From: an uncultured virus (IMG/VR IMGVR_UViG_3300006754_000008) | Taxonomy: Duplodnaviria; Heunggongvirae; Uroviricota; Caudoviricetes | Strand: one strand, 5' to 3' | DNA: 54,881 nucleotides | IMG/VR virus record: IMGVR_UViG_3300006754_000008 | Shown: positions 38,594 to 48,143 of the stretch, piece after piece | Layout: each line of letters starts with the position of its first letter | Numbering within the stretch: the stretch's first letter is position 1 | Made by a program: the position numbers and the translations under genes | The notes under the pieces: model-generated | Databases searched by the model: none | What the model was told of the DNA's origin: nothing | Seen by the model: the letters and a program-made list of their open reading frames with translations, nothing else

Positions 38594-38878
38594 ATGTCAT
38601 TGCCAGATGGTACGGAATATTGGTGGGATATAAAATCTGCCAATTTGAATAAAAATACTAAAAAGAAATATTATGAAGTTTGTGATATTTGTGGAAAGAC
38701 AGATGGAGATTTAGTTTTTCATAAAGCTATCAAGCATGATATGGTTATTTTAGGAACTTTTCCTTTGCGAAAGTGCCCAATTTGTGGAAAATTAAAAAAA
38801 GGGTTAGACTTACACTATAAAGCACTTCATAAGGGAATGGAACCACCTGTTCCAAAATATTATAAAATAGAGGTATAG
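38594..38878 (+). CDS. Zinc-ribbon protein
   Basis: CDIC...CPIC; AGGAG RBS. Confidence 0.6.
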   Translation: MSLPDGTEYWWDIKSANLNKNTKKKYYEVCDICGKTDGDLVFHKAIKHDMVILGTFPLRKCPICGKLKKGLDLHYKALHKGMEPPVPKYYKIEV

Positions 38879-38882
38879 AAAA

Positions 38883-40079
38883 ATGGAAACACAAAAGACA
38901 CACGTAAATGTAGGCACAATTGGTCACGTTGATGCTGGAAAAACTACATTAACAGCAACAATAACATTCTTACAGAAGCATATTAATGGTTCTGGTGAGG
39001 CAATGGAGTTTGATGATATTGATAAAGCTCCAGAGGAAAAAGAGCGTGGTATTACAATTAATACTGCTCACGTAGAGTATGAAACAGAAACACGCCATTA
39101 TGCTCATATCGATTGTCCTGGTCATGCTGATTATATTAAAAATATGATTGTTGGCGCTGCACAGATGGATGGAGCAATTATGCTTATTGATGCTTCTCAA
39201 GGACCACAGCAACAAACAAGGGAACATGCTTTGCTTGCTTCTCAAGTTGGTGTAAAAAATATGGTAGCATTCATTAATAAGGTTGATGCTTGTGATGATC
39301 CAGAACTTGTTGAACTTGTAGAAATGGAAGCAGATGAGATGTTTTCTTCTCAGGGCTATGAGAATGTAACAATGGTTAAGGGATCCGCCGTAAAGGCGCT
39401 TGAGGCTGTTCAGGCTGGCGAGTTTGACAATCCAGCATTAGAACCCATCAAAGAACTTTTAAAAGCAATGGATGCTGATATAGAAGTTCCAGAGAGAGAT
39501 CTTGATTCCCCATTTATGATGGCAATTGAAGATGTGTTTTCTATTGCTGGTAGAGGAACTGTTGTAACTGGCAAAGTAAATCGTGGCTCTGTAGAAGTAC
39601 ATGACAAAGTAGAACTTGTTGGCCTATTAGATGAAGGCGACAAAATTCGTGAGATTGTTGTAACAGGAACTCAGGCATTTAGGAAGGACATTCCTTCTGC
39701 TGATGCCGGAATGAATGTTGGTATTTTACTTCGTGGCGTAAAGAGAGATGAGATTTTTAGGGGTCAAATAATCGTTGCTCCTGGTAGCATTAAGCCACAT
39801 GCTTTTGGTACAGCAGAATTTTATACTCTTTCTGAAAAAGAAGGTGGGAGACACACTCCATTTACTGTTGGATATCGTCCACAATTCTTCTTTGGGACAA
39901 CTGATGTAACTGGAACCGTTGAAGAAATTGGTGATGGACTTTCTAGAGTAACACCTGGAGACAGAGTAACAATTAAATTTAAATTGATAAAGCCAGTAGG
40001 AATGGAAGCCGGAATGAGGTTTGCTATTCGCGAAGGTTCTAAGACTGTTGGCGCTGGAAAGGTAACAAGCGTAGCATAA
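38883..40079 (+). CDS. tuf: Elongation factor Tu (divergent)
   Basis: [61 protein letters not shown]. Confidence 0.97.
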   Translation: METQKTHVNVGTIGHVDAGKTTLTATITFLQKHINGSGEAMEFDDIDKAPEEKERGITINTAHVEYETETRHYAHIDCPGHADYIKNMIVGAAQMDGAIMLIDASQGPQQQTREHALLASQVGVKNMVAFINKVDACDDPELVELVEMEADEMFSSQGYENVTMVKGSAVKALEAVQAGEFDNPALEPIKELLKAMDADIEVPERDLDSPFMMAIEDVFSIAGRGTVVTGKVNRGSVEVHDKVELVGLLDEGDKIREIVVTGTQAFRKDIPSADAGMNVGILLRGVKRDEIFRGQIIVAPGSIKPHAFGTAEFYTLSEKEGGRHTPFTVGYRPQFFFGTTDVTGTVEEIGDGLSRVTPGDRVTIKFKLIKPVGMEAGMRFAIREGSKTVGAGKVTSVA

Positions 40080-40333
40080 TGTGGATTAATAAACCAACTA
40101 AGAATGGCTGGTACTGGGCAAGAAACATAAATAATTTGCCCTGTCCAGTTAAACTTATAGATGGAAAAATATATTTTGTCGGAGCTAATTCTTTTCTATT
40201 ATTAGAGGAAGTCGAAGGTGCCTCTTTTCAGAAACTTAAATATCCTAAAGGTTGGGAAAAAGAATAATGGAAGATTTAATTGTTGGTTATGTGGAAAATA
40301 TTATAAAGTTTTAAAAAACATTAAGGAGAATAA

Positions 40334-40534
40334 ATGCATAATTTAGAATTTCAGTCAGGGGAATTGGCAAGAAAGATAGCAAAAGGTTATATCTCTAACA
40401 ACGTTGATGAGTATTTGGACTTTGTAAAGGAATTGGAACATCAAATTGGCGATATGACATTTACAGTTCCTCTTTATAGATATTTGAAAAAAGTTATGAA
40501 AAAAGAAGATCATTTATCTTTGGAAAAAGAATAA
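40334..40534 (+). CDS. Hypothetical protein
   Basis: AAGGAG RBS. Confidence 0.6.
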   Translation: MHNLEFQSGELARKIAKGYISNNVDEYLDFVKELEHQIGDMTFTVPLYRYLKKVMKKEDHLSLEKE

Positions 40535-40917
40535 GTAATAGGGATTTATAATGCGAGGAGAAGATATTAAAGTTGGAGATACATTTTTTGAAGATTGTTC
40601 TCCAGAAGTATATTTGGCGATAAGACGCGCTAATAGTGGTGGTATTATTGCTGTACAGATTGGATGGTTTAACGACAATGATACTGATTTCGATCAAGAA
40701 GAAGAACACGAATTTGTCGGATCAGGTCAATTTCATCAGCCATTATATTTGGCTTAAACTAAGAATATTGAAAATGGAATATTGTAATCAGGGGAGTTGG
40801 AGAAGATGGTTGGGCAGTTAATGATGAAAGTTTACCAGAGTTTAAAGAGGAATTATTTAATGATCCAAAAAAAGCAATAAAAAGATTTTTAGAATTAAAG
40901 GAGGCATTCGACAAACA

Positions 40918-41145
40918 ATGAAATATTTTTTAATTATATTGTTTTTAATTATACTAGGATGTAGCTCTACTAATCATTATAAAAAAATGGATAATTATTG
41001 TCATAATGAATGTTTTAAAATTTATAAAGATGAACTTGAAAGAGCAAGATGGCAGGGAGATGATGAAAGAATGGATATTACTAGATGTGCCTGTTATCTC
41101 AAATATCATGATGGACCAACTATACATTTTGTGAGAAAAAGATGA
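40918..41145 (+). CDS. Putative small lipoprotein
   Basis: MKY-hydrophobic-ILGC lipobox. Confidence 0.65.
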   Translation: MKYFLIILFLIILGCSSTNHYKKMDNYCHNECFKIYKDELERARWQGDDERMDITRCACYLKYHDGPTIHFVRKR

Positions 41146-41254
41146 CAATAAGAAAAATGATGTTAAAGATACAACAGCTAATAAAATGTGGAAATATCGA
41201 AAAAGCAATTTTGCCAACAGTTGCTGATATATATAGCTTTCCGAAAATAAAAAA

Positions 41255-41554
41255 ATGAATTATTGTCTTCTATGTAAGAGAAAAGATAATGCTTTGATTT
41301 TAGGAAGGCACCATTTAAAAACAAAGCGAACAGATAAAAAAGAAATAGAGCTAATATGTAGAGAGTGTCATAAAGCAATTCATGGGCTTTTTAAACAATC
41401 CGACTTAAGAGATCCAAAGTTAAAACTTGATTGTGTTGAAGGATTGCTGGAAAATAAAAGATTACAAAAAGCTATTAAGTTCATTCAAAAAATCCCACCC
41501 GGCACTTTTATGAAAATGAAAGAATCTAAGTATAAGAAAGGAAATGGTAAATGA
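41255..41554 (+). CDS. HNH-like zinc-finger protein
   Basis: CLLC...HHL...LICRECHKAIH. Confidence 0.7.
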   Translation: MNYCLLCKRKDNALILGRHHLKTKRTDKKEIELICRECHKAIHGLFKQSDLRDPKLKLDCVEGLLENKRLQKAIKFIQKIPPGTFMKMKESKYKKGNGK

Positions 41555-41743
41555 GACAGCTCAAGAAAGAAGACTTTATGGGAAAGAAAATAATTGATTG
41601 TGAGGCTGGTACTATCAATTCTTTAATATTAAAATTCGATGATAATACTGAAATAGAAATTGAAGTAGAGTATTATGGACATAATATATATGGAATGACC
41701 ACTAGAAATAAATAAATAATATAGCAAAGTTTTCTTTGCTAAT

Positions 41744-41816
41744 GGGGTTGTAGCTCAATCGGGAGAGCATTTGGTTTGCAACCAAAAGGTAGCCGGATCG
41801 TAACCGGCCAGCTCCA
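41744..41816 (+). tRNA. tRNA-Ala(TGC)
   Basis: GGGGTTG/CAGCTCC with G3:U70, TTTGCAA loop, A73; atypical ATCGTAA T-loop. Confidence 0.9.
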
Positions 41817-41834
41817 AATATATAAGATAAACAG

Positions 41835-41920
41835 GGGCGTGTAGCTCAGGGGACAGAGCACCAGTTTTACACACTGGCGGCCTTCGTTGGATCTCGCAAG
41901 TTCGAATCTTGCCACGCCCA
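41835..41920 (+). tRNA. tRNA-Val(TAC) with 18-nt variable region
   Basis: GGGCGTG/CACGCCC, CCAGT-TTTACAC-ACTGG, GCAAG-TTCGAAT-CTTGC. Confidence 0.88.
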
Positions 41921-41939
41921 CTAACGATAAGGAGAAAGA

Positions 41940-42272
41940 ATGGGATATTGTTTTACGTATTATGGTCCTTGGGGAAGTACAGGATTTGCTGGTCCCTTTG
42001 ACACCTATGAACAAATGATTAATCATATGGTTAATATGCAAGATGAAGAGTGGGAAGATCAAACTTTTGATATTATAGAAGGCCACTTGGATTTTGAAGA
42101 ACTTTGTGTTCAAGTTTATAAAATCGAAGTAGATGGCCCTTTTACTGGCGAAGAACAAGTTATAAAAGGGTGGATTAAAAATGAAGAAGAGTGGCAAAAG
42201 TATCGTAAAAAGCAAGAAGAAGAAAGTGAACATAGGCAATATGAAAGACTAAAAAAGAAATATGAAAAATAA
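41940..42272 (+). CDS. Hypothetical acidic protein
   Basis: AAGGAG RBS. Confidence 0.7.
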   Translation: MGYCFTYYGPWGSTGFAGPFDTYEQMINHMVNMQDEEWEDQTFDIIEGHLDFEELCVQVYKIEVDGPFTGEEQVIKGWIKNEEEWQKYRKKQEEESEHRQYERLKKKYEK

Positions 42273-42573
42273 TCTTATAGTTGTTTACTATTATAGAAAT
42301 GGCAAAATAGATTGGAATTTACATTTGAAATTATATATGAGCAATTGGAAAGCATATCCTACGGGATATGTTTATAAAAAAGAGTTAAAAAATATTACAC
42401 CAAAACAGGCTCTAAGAAATGCTATAATAGAATGGAAACAAACTACTGGGATCGACTTTATTGAAGATGATCATAGCTTTAGTGTTATGATACCAAAAAC
42501 AAAAAATATGTTTGTCGGTCTACGAACTGTTAAAGGAAAAAAAGCAGAGGAATATGTAAATGCAGAAATTTAA
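42262..42573 (+). CDS. Hypothetical protein
   Basis: Overlapping co-oriented ORF. Confidence 0.55.
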   Translation: MKNNLIVVYYYRNGKIDWNLHLKLYMSNWKAYPTGYVYKKELKNITPKQALRNAIIEWKQTTGIDFIEDDHSFSVMIPKTKNMFVGLRTVKGKKAEEYVNAEI

Positions 42574-42814
42574 ACACAAGATAGACTCTATTGAAATCAT
42601 GACCAAGACTTTCACTAATGATCAAATTCGTGCAAAAATAGAGGAAAGAGAAGTTAGTGGCTGGGAGCACTATGATACAATTATAAGTCCGACATATGAT
42701 AAAGATTATATGGTATACTTATTTTTCAAGAAGCAAGCTTCTCCCAGATTAAGAATGGATATTGTAAAAAATTTAAATGATCCAAAAAGGAGCAAGATGA
42801 AAATGTCACATTAA
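42560..42814 (+). CDS. Hypothetical protein (DUF4177-like GWE motif)
   Basis: SGWE...YLFFKK; GAGG RBS. Confidence 0.55.
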   Translation: MQKFKHKIDSIEIMTKTFTNDQIRAKIEEREVSGWEHYDTIISPTYDKDYMVYLFFKKQASPRLRMDIVKNLNDPKRSKMKMSH

Positions 42815-42822
42815 GGAGATAA

Positions 42823-43341
42823 ATGGGCGTAAGATTAAAAAAAAGACCTAAGTCAGTAAGATATATTAGTCAAAGAAATCGATATAGTTGTGGACCTATA
42901 GCTATTTTAAATATAATGAAATGGGCAGGATATGATGTCACTTATAAATATTTAGGCACTTTAAAAAAATATTGTGGCACAACTCGCCAAGGAACAAAAG
43001 AATCTGGTTTAGTAAGTGGATTAAATAAGTTTCAGTTACTTGTTACAAAATATTATAGTAGAGTGACAGCTAAAGTTTTAGAATCTTATATTAATTCTGG
43101 CTATGTAGCGATTCTTTTAATATCAAAATGGAATAATGACAATATTCCAGAAAGACATTATCTTTCAATTGTTGGCAAGCAAGTCAAATATACAAATATT
43201 TTTTATAAAGTAATTAATTATGGTCCCGAAGGAACTGTCGTTTGGGTTAGTCGAAAAAAATTGATTCGGCTATTTAACAGATCTTTAAAAGGACAGCGAC
43301 ATCCAAAAGCTTGGTTTATTCGACGGAGAGATAGACAATGA
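42823..43341 (+). CDS. C39-like cysteine peptidase, paralog 1
   Basis: Q....SCGP, GT, HY, VIN. Confidence 0.8.
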   Translation: MGVRLKKRPKSVRYISQRNRYSCGPIAILNIMKWAGYDVTYKYLGTLKKYCGTTRQGTKESGLVSGLNKFQLLVTKYYSRVTAKVLESYINSGYVAILLISKWNNDNIPERHYLSIVGKQVKYTNIFYKVINYGPEGTVVWVSRKKLIRLFNRSLKGQRHPKAWFIRRRDRQ

Positions 43342-43580
43342 ATCATGAAGTAATATGTAAGTTTTGTAAAAAAGATCAAAGACTTCACGGTCTTAATTGT
43401 TGTAAAAAATTCATGGAAGAAGAGGATAGAATGTTAGAAGAAGAATATCAAAAAAAAGTACAACTAAAAGATATTCTGTTCAAGCATAATATTCTCGCTG
43501 GTACGATAATGGGTGGAATATTGATCCCAGATTATGAAATTAAAAAATTAAGTAATCTATTAAAAAGAATAGGAAAATAA
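43338..43580 (+). CDS. Hypothetical protein
   Basis: ATGA overlap, GGAG RBS. Confidence 0.55.
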   Translation: MNHEVICKFCKKDQRLHGLNCCKKFMEEEDRMLEEEYQKKVQLKDILFKHNILAGTIMGGILIPDYEIKKLSNLLKRIGK

Positions 43581-43823
43581 ATGAATATTTGGAGATATAT
43601 TGTTGTAAGATATAGCCCTGAAAAAAACTATTGTCCAAGTAATATGTTTACTATTATGGGAGTTTTTCAAAATCGTGATGATGCTAACATAGAATGTAAA
43701 AGACTTGAGGCAGAAAGAGATGGTATACATCCTGGTTGTAAACATCCCCATCATATACATTGGTGGCAAAAGAAAGATGAGCGCAAATATTGGATTGACT
43801 CAATAAATGTTAATTGTAATTAA
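43581..43823 (+). CDS. Hypothetical protein
   Basis: Abuts upstream stop. Confidence 0.55.
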   Translation: MNIWRYIVVRYSPEKNYCPSNMFTIMGVFQNRDDANIECKRLEAERDGIHPGCKHPHHIHWWQKKDERKYWIDSINVNCN

Positions 43824-44050
43824 ATATATTTTTAAGAATGTGGATTAGAAAACGAATTCGGCAACAGAATGCCGTCTAAACGAATCAGAAATCATCATTT
43901 AAAGAGTGAAACAATTTTATAATTAATTCTAGATATAATTATAAATGGACATTGGGACTTGTCTGAGATATTGGTATAATCTAATATCCAGCTTGTTGCT
44001 CAACCAAGTTTTCTTTGGTTAGTAAACTAACACACTTTTAAATGTATTTT
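43822..44050 (+). ncRNA. Candidate structured non-coding RNA
   Basis: ORF-free gap with complementary ends and several internal hairpins; strand assumed from neighbours. Confidence 0.45.
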
Positions 44051-44584
44051 AAAGGAGATTTAATGAAAAGGAAACCAAAAGGAATAAAGCTATATAAATA
44101 TAGCCAAATAAAGTCTTGTTTTTTTGGAACAAATGTTATATTTGTAAAAATGAATTTAAAAAAGTTCCGTTACACAAAATCAAATTAAAATGGAAAATAA
44201 GACGAATTGGCGGCATCGAAGAAAATTTTAATAAGAAAAGAATATTATATTTTTATTTCTGTCTTGAATGTTGTAAAACGAGACAAGAGGCGGAAGATTA
44301 TATGGCAAGAAAGATTTTAAGATATTATGATTAAAAGACAGCATTATTGTACAAAAATTAATAAGTGGAGAATATTTAAACAGTTTCCTTTTACCTATGT
44401 AAGCAGATCTGGGTTGGCTTGTGGATTTCACAATGTGGCTTGTTTTGAAAACAAAGATAAGTATGGTCAAAGGGGCAACGAATCTTGCGTCTTTGCTAAT
44501 TTAAAAAATAGAGTAAAAGGCGCTTTACAAATCTTATTCTTCTAATATTTATAGTATATAAACAGGTGATTGATTTCGCCTAAT

Positions 44585-44668
44585 GGCTATATATCTAAGC
44601 GGCCAAAAGGGCTTGGCTCATATCCAAGTACAATTATTGTTTCGTAGGTTCGAATCCTACTATAGCCA
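44585..44668 (+). tRNA. tRNA with CAT anticodon (elongator Met or Ile2), class II-like architecture
   Basis: GGCTATA/TATAGCC, 3-bp D stem, CTTGG-CTCATAT-CCAAG, 15-nt V region, GTAGG-TTCGAAT-CCTAC. Confidence 0.88.
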
Positions 44669-44670
44669 CA

Positions 44671-45207
44671 ATGGGACTCAAGTTAAAAAAAAATCTAAAT
44701 AATATTCGTTATGTAGGACAACGAGATAGTTTTTCTTGTGGTCCACTTTCAATATTAAATATTTTAAAATGGGCAGGATATGATATTACATCTAAATATT
44801 TACCCATATTAAAAAAACATTGCAAGACTGATATGGGCGGAACTAATACTGAAATAATTTCCAAAGTCTTAAGCAAATATTCTCAAATTAAGTTTGAATG
44901 TATTCCCTTTATTAAAATACAAGATTTACACAATCATATAAAGAATGACGGTAGCGCAATTATAGAAGTATCTTGGTTTGATGAGAAAAAACAAACAATA
45001 GAAGGTCATTTTTATAATATTATTGATATATTATCATATAATGATGTCACTCTTTATAAAACTATTAATTGGGGCAAAAGCTGCACTGAAAAATATGTTG
45101 ATAGAAAAAAGATTGTAACAGAATTTCGCAAATGTGCTAGATCTCAGGATAATCCCAAAGCATGGCTCATAAGGAGGAAGATTGGGCAGTTACTGGAGAA
45201 GGGCTAA
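44671..45207 (+). CDS. C39-like cysteine peptidase, paralog 2
   Basis: QRDSFSCGP..ILNILKWAGYD, GH, TIN; clear paralog of 42823. Confidence 0.8.
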   Translation: MGLKLKKNLNNIRYVGQRDSFSCGPLSILNILKWAGYDITSKYLPILKKHCKTDMGGTNTEIISKVLSKYSQIKFECIPFIKIQDLHNHIKNDGSAIIEVSWFDEKKQTIEGHFYNIIDILSYNDVTLYKTINWGKSCTEKYVDRKKIVTEFRKCARSQDNPKAWLIRRKIGQLLEKG

Positions 45208-45501
45208 AAAAAGGTATAATAATTTTATAAATAAAGAAAAGCAACGAAATAATACAAGTATCGAAGAAAGACAGAGAACACATGCTATTAAAAGAGCAAA
45301 GCAAAGATTTGAGTTGGAACTTTCCAATCAAGATTATTTTCAGCTAAGTAATTATATTGCTAGTGGAAAAGCAAAGTTTATAAGAAATCAATCACAACGA
45401 AAAAATTATATGAAATTAAATTGGATGAATTAAATATGGTTGTTGCTTTCGACCATAAAAGAAAGATAATACTTACCTTCCTTTATCCTAATAAAAAATA
45501 A
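45182..45501 (+). CDS. Hypothetical protein, apparently frameshifted at A6 (45400-45405)
   Basis: HA..RA..R motif; -1 frame continues LYEIKLDELNMVVAFD...ILTFLYP to a TAA overlapping the next ATG. Confidence 0.55.
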
Positions 45502-45743
45502 TGATGACACCTAAAATGAAATGGCCATATTGTTCTAAATGCAAATGGAATGACAAAGGCCCTAATATTTATAAAGGGTCTAGATGTCCAAAATGTGGAG
45601 ATTTATTGTTGATATTAGAAGGAAGCGTAGAAGATATCCTTAAAATTTATGACTATATAAAAATATATAATCTATCATTAATTGAATATTTAGAAGAGAA
45701 TATTATTAGAAATATTCTCAATAAAGAAGAATATATAATATAG
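45501..45743 (+). CDS. Zinc-ribbon protein
   Basis: CSKC...CPKC. Confidence 0.55.
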   Translation: MMTPKMKWPYCSKCKWNDKGPNIYKGSRCPKCGDLLLILEGSVEDILKIYDYIKIYNLSLIEYLEENIIRNILNKEEYII

Positions 45744-45755
45744 GAGATTATCATA

Positions 45756-46457
45756 ATGCTCATTCCAATTAGATATGGTGAAAATAATAAGTTAATTTTA
45801 ACAGAACTGTCAAAGATATTTGAAAAGATTTATAAAAGACCACATAAGTGGAGAAAATTTCAACATTATAGTAATGAGTATCCTTGGGCTATTAATGAAC
45901 TAACTAAGTATCTTGGGGATATAAAAGATAAAGAAATGATGGAAGGTGGAGGCGGTCAAGGCGGGACTCTTTATTATTTTGCTAATAGAAATGCTAAAGT
46001 GACTAATCTGAGTCATGGAGGTGCCGCTCCTAATAAAAACTTAGTACACATTCAAGGAGATATGGCTGTTAGAAATTTGGGTAGTAATAAATTTGATTCA
46101 ATATTGTGTTTAAGTTCAATAGAACATAATGAATGGGATAAAATAAAAAAGATTTTTCTTAATCTTGTTGATATGGCAAAGCCAGGGGCACCTTTAGTAT
46201 TTACTGTACCAGTCGGGAAAATAAGAAAATGGTATCCACAAAACTCATTTATTAATGGCAATTTTCCTTCGCTTTATTTATTTAATCCTGAAGCAGTCAA
46301 AGAGCTAGATTCCCTTACAAAAGATGTAGAGTTGGTTACAAAGATTGCGCCAAACTATGATCAGTTGTGGGACACTATGATAAAAGAGGTATTGAAAACT
46401 CCAGGCGCAAGCAAATGGAAATACTTATCAGGCGGATTTACGTTTATTAAAAAATAA
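45756..46457 (+). CDS. Class I SAM-dependent methyltransferase
   Basis: EYPWA, EGGGGQG, QGD, FD.I.CLSSIEH, KPG..L..TVP. Confidence 0.8.
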   Translation: MLIPIRYGENNKLILTELSKIFEKIYKRPHKWRKFQHYSNEYPWAINELTKYLGDIKDKEMMEGGGGQGGTLYYFANRNAKVTNLSHGGAAPNKNLVHIQGDMAVRNLGSNKFDSILCLSSIEHNEWDKIKKIFLNLVDMAKPGAPLVFTVPVGKIRKWYPQNSFINGNFPSLYLFNPEAVKELDSLTKDVELVTKIAPNYDQLWDTMIKEVLKTPGASKWKYLSGGFTFIKK

Positions 46458-46492
46458 GTCAATAATTGACTATTAGAAATACAATTTACAAT
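46457..46492 (+). promoter_or_regulatory. Palindrome overlapping a -35-like box
   Basis: AGTCAAT-A-ATTGACT; TTGACT-15 nt-TACAAT. Confidence 0.4.
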
Positions 46493-46508
46493 TAAATATG
46501 GAGACAAA

Positions 46509-46952
46509 ATGTATCGATTACGATTTAATCAATATATAGGTGAGGGTGATTTTGCGACAATTTACCGCGTATCTAATAGGAGAATTCTTAAAGTATTTGA
46601 TCGGACTAATAATTTTAATAATGAGGAAATAGATCTTCTTATAAATGATGAGATTAGAGGTGGAACTCTCAATTATGGTTTACCAGTTATTAAAGAGATG
46701 GTCGTTCTCTGTCCTATATGTTGTGATGAATGTAGTGATTATAAAGAGGTAAGGGCATTATTAAAACGATTTATTCCTTTTACAGTAACAGAAGAAGAAT
46801 GTTGTGAAATTATAAATAGGTCCGATTTTCCTATTGAACTAAAATGGGACTCCAATAATCCAAGACAGATGAGAAAAGATGAGAAGGGTCGTATTTATGT
46901 TGTTGACACTCAGACAGAAAAGATAATGCATTTAGTAAGAAGAAAGTATTAA
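46509..46952 (+). CDS. Minimal protein-kinase-like protein
   Basis: IGEGDFATIY Gly loop, ILKV Lys, DE helix, late D and VVD motifs. Confidence 0.55.
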   Translation: MYRLRFNQYIGEGDFATIYRVSNRRILKVFDRTNNFNNEEIDLLINDEIRGGTLNYGLPVIKEMVVLCPICCDECSDYKEVRALLKRFIPFTVTEEECCEIINRSDFPIELKWDSNNPRQMRKDEKGRIYVVDTQTEKIMHLVRRKY

Positions 46953-47002
46953 TAGAAATTATGCCATTGGTTTGGCATTGTACAAAATGGGATAAATAAA
47001 AA

Positions 47003-47194
47003 ATGAAGATATTTAAAGTAGTTAAATTTGTAACTAGAAGATATGAAGTTATTTTATCTGAGGAAAGTTATGGAAAGGCTGAAGTGATTGCTGAGGCTTA
47101 TGAGATCGAAGATATGAAAGAAGATTATGATTATTGGGATGAAGATATCATAATAATAGAGGAGAAAGAACATGAAGTTTGTACATGTAAGTAA
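47003..47194 (+). CDS. Hypothetical acidic protein
   Basis: Co-oriented ORF. Confidence 0.5.
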   Translation: MKIFKVVKFVTRRYEVILSEESYGKAEVIAEAYEIEDMKEDYDYWDEDIIIIEEKEHEVCTCK

Positions 47195-47471
47195 AAAAAT
47201 GCCAAAAACGGAAAGATCACACGACTATCATAAGCCCATTTTAGCGTATATAATAGATAATAATGGTAAAGACTTTCGCGTTGTTCATCATGTTATATAT
47301 TATTTGAATGAAAATTTTGAAGTAAGACATAATGAAGATGGTGATATTACTTCTAAAACATACAGATGGGAAGATTGGTATTCTGGTGAAGTCGTAAAAG
47401 GCGTTGTAGGGTGGACCTATTTAGAGAAAGATTTTTTCGATAAAGCGGAAGATGATATAAGAGGTGCTTGA
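47172..47471 (+). CDS. Hypothetical protein (DUF551-like ends)
   Basis: V.KKMP...V.GW..L; GGAG RBS. Confidence 0.6.
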   Translation: MKFVHVSKKMPKTERSHDYHKPILAYIIDNNGKDFRVVHHVIYYLNENFEVRHNEDGDITSKTYRWEDWYSGEVVKGVVGWTYLEKDFFDKAEDDIRGA

Positions 47472-48143
47472 GTGAGTATAATGAGAATTGTTGCAGTCAG
47501 TGATACACATCGTAATTTCAATTTCCCTATTCCAGATGGAGATGTTTTTATTCATGCTGGCGATATAGGGAATTTTGAAAATAAAGATGACCCAACAGCC
47601 TATGATCTTTTTTTAGAAATGTTAGAAAAGTTACCCCATCAACATAAGCTGGTTATTGCCGGCAATCATGATAAATATTTAGAGATTCATGAAGAAGCAT
47701 TTCTCCAGAAAGCTGAGGGAGTTTGTATATATCTTAGAGACGATTTTGAATTTATTGATGAAGTATATTTTTATGGAAGTCCTTGGACAAAATATATAAA
47801 TAGCCGCCATGCATTTGGAGACAAATATAATAAAATTAAAAGAAAGTGGGATTTGATTCATGACGAGGCAAATGTTTTAATTACTCATCAATCTCCATAT
47901 CAAATATTAAGTTCAACAATAGATGGCAATGATATAGGATGTCGAGCCTTACAAAAAAGAGTTTTGGATTTTTCTCCTCTAGTTCACATATTTGGCCATG
48001 TCCATGCCAGTAGTGGAACTAAAAAAATAGGAAATACTCTTTTTTGTAATGTGTCATATGATAAAGTATATAATAATAAATGTTGTGTTATAGATTTAAA
48101 TATTAAAACAAAAGATATCGAAATAATAGAGGAAGTTATTTAA
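47472..48143 (+). CDS. Calcineurin-like metallophosphoesterase
   Basis: SDTH, HAGD, AGNHD, LITH, FGHVH. Confidence 0.92.
   Translation: MSIMRIVAVSDTHRNFNFPIPDGDVFIHAGDIGNFENKDDPTAYDLFLEMLEKLPHQHKLVIAGNHDKYLEIHEEAFLQKAEGVCIYLRDDFEFIDEVYFYGSPWTKYINSRHAFGDKYNKIKRKWDLIHDEANVLITHQSPYQILSSTIDGNDIGCRALQKRVLDFSPLVHIFGHVHASSGTKKIGNTLFCNVSYDKVYNNKCCVIDLNIKTKDIEIIEEVI

Noticed and set aside
41739..42239. 166-aa minus-strand ORF
   Set aside because: Antisense to two tRNAs and an RBS-bearing plus-strand gene
47469..47474. In-frame TGA between ORFs 47172 and 47472 as a second readthrough site
   Set aside because: The downstream gene has its own GAGGTG RBS and is a complete metallophosphoesterase; no SECIS-like hairpin seen
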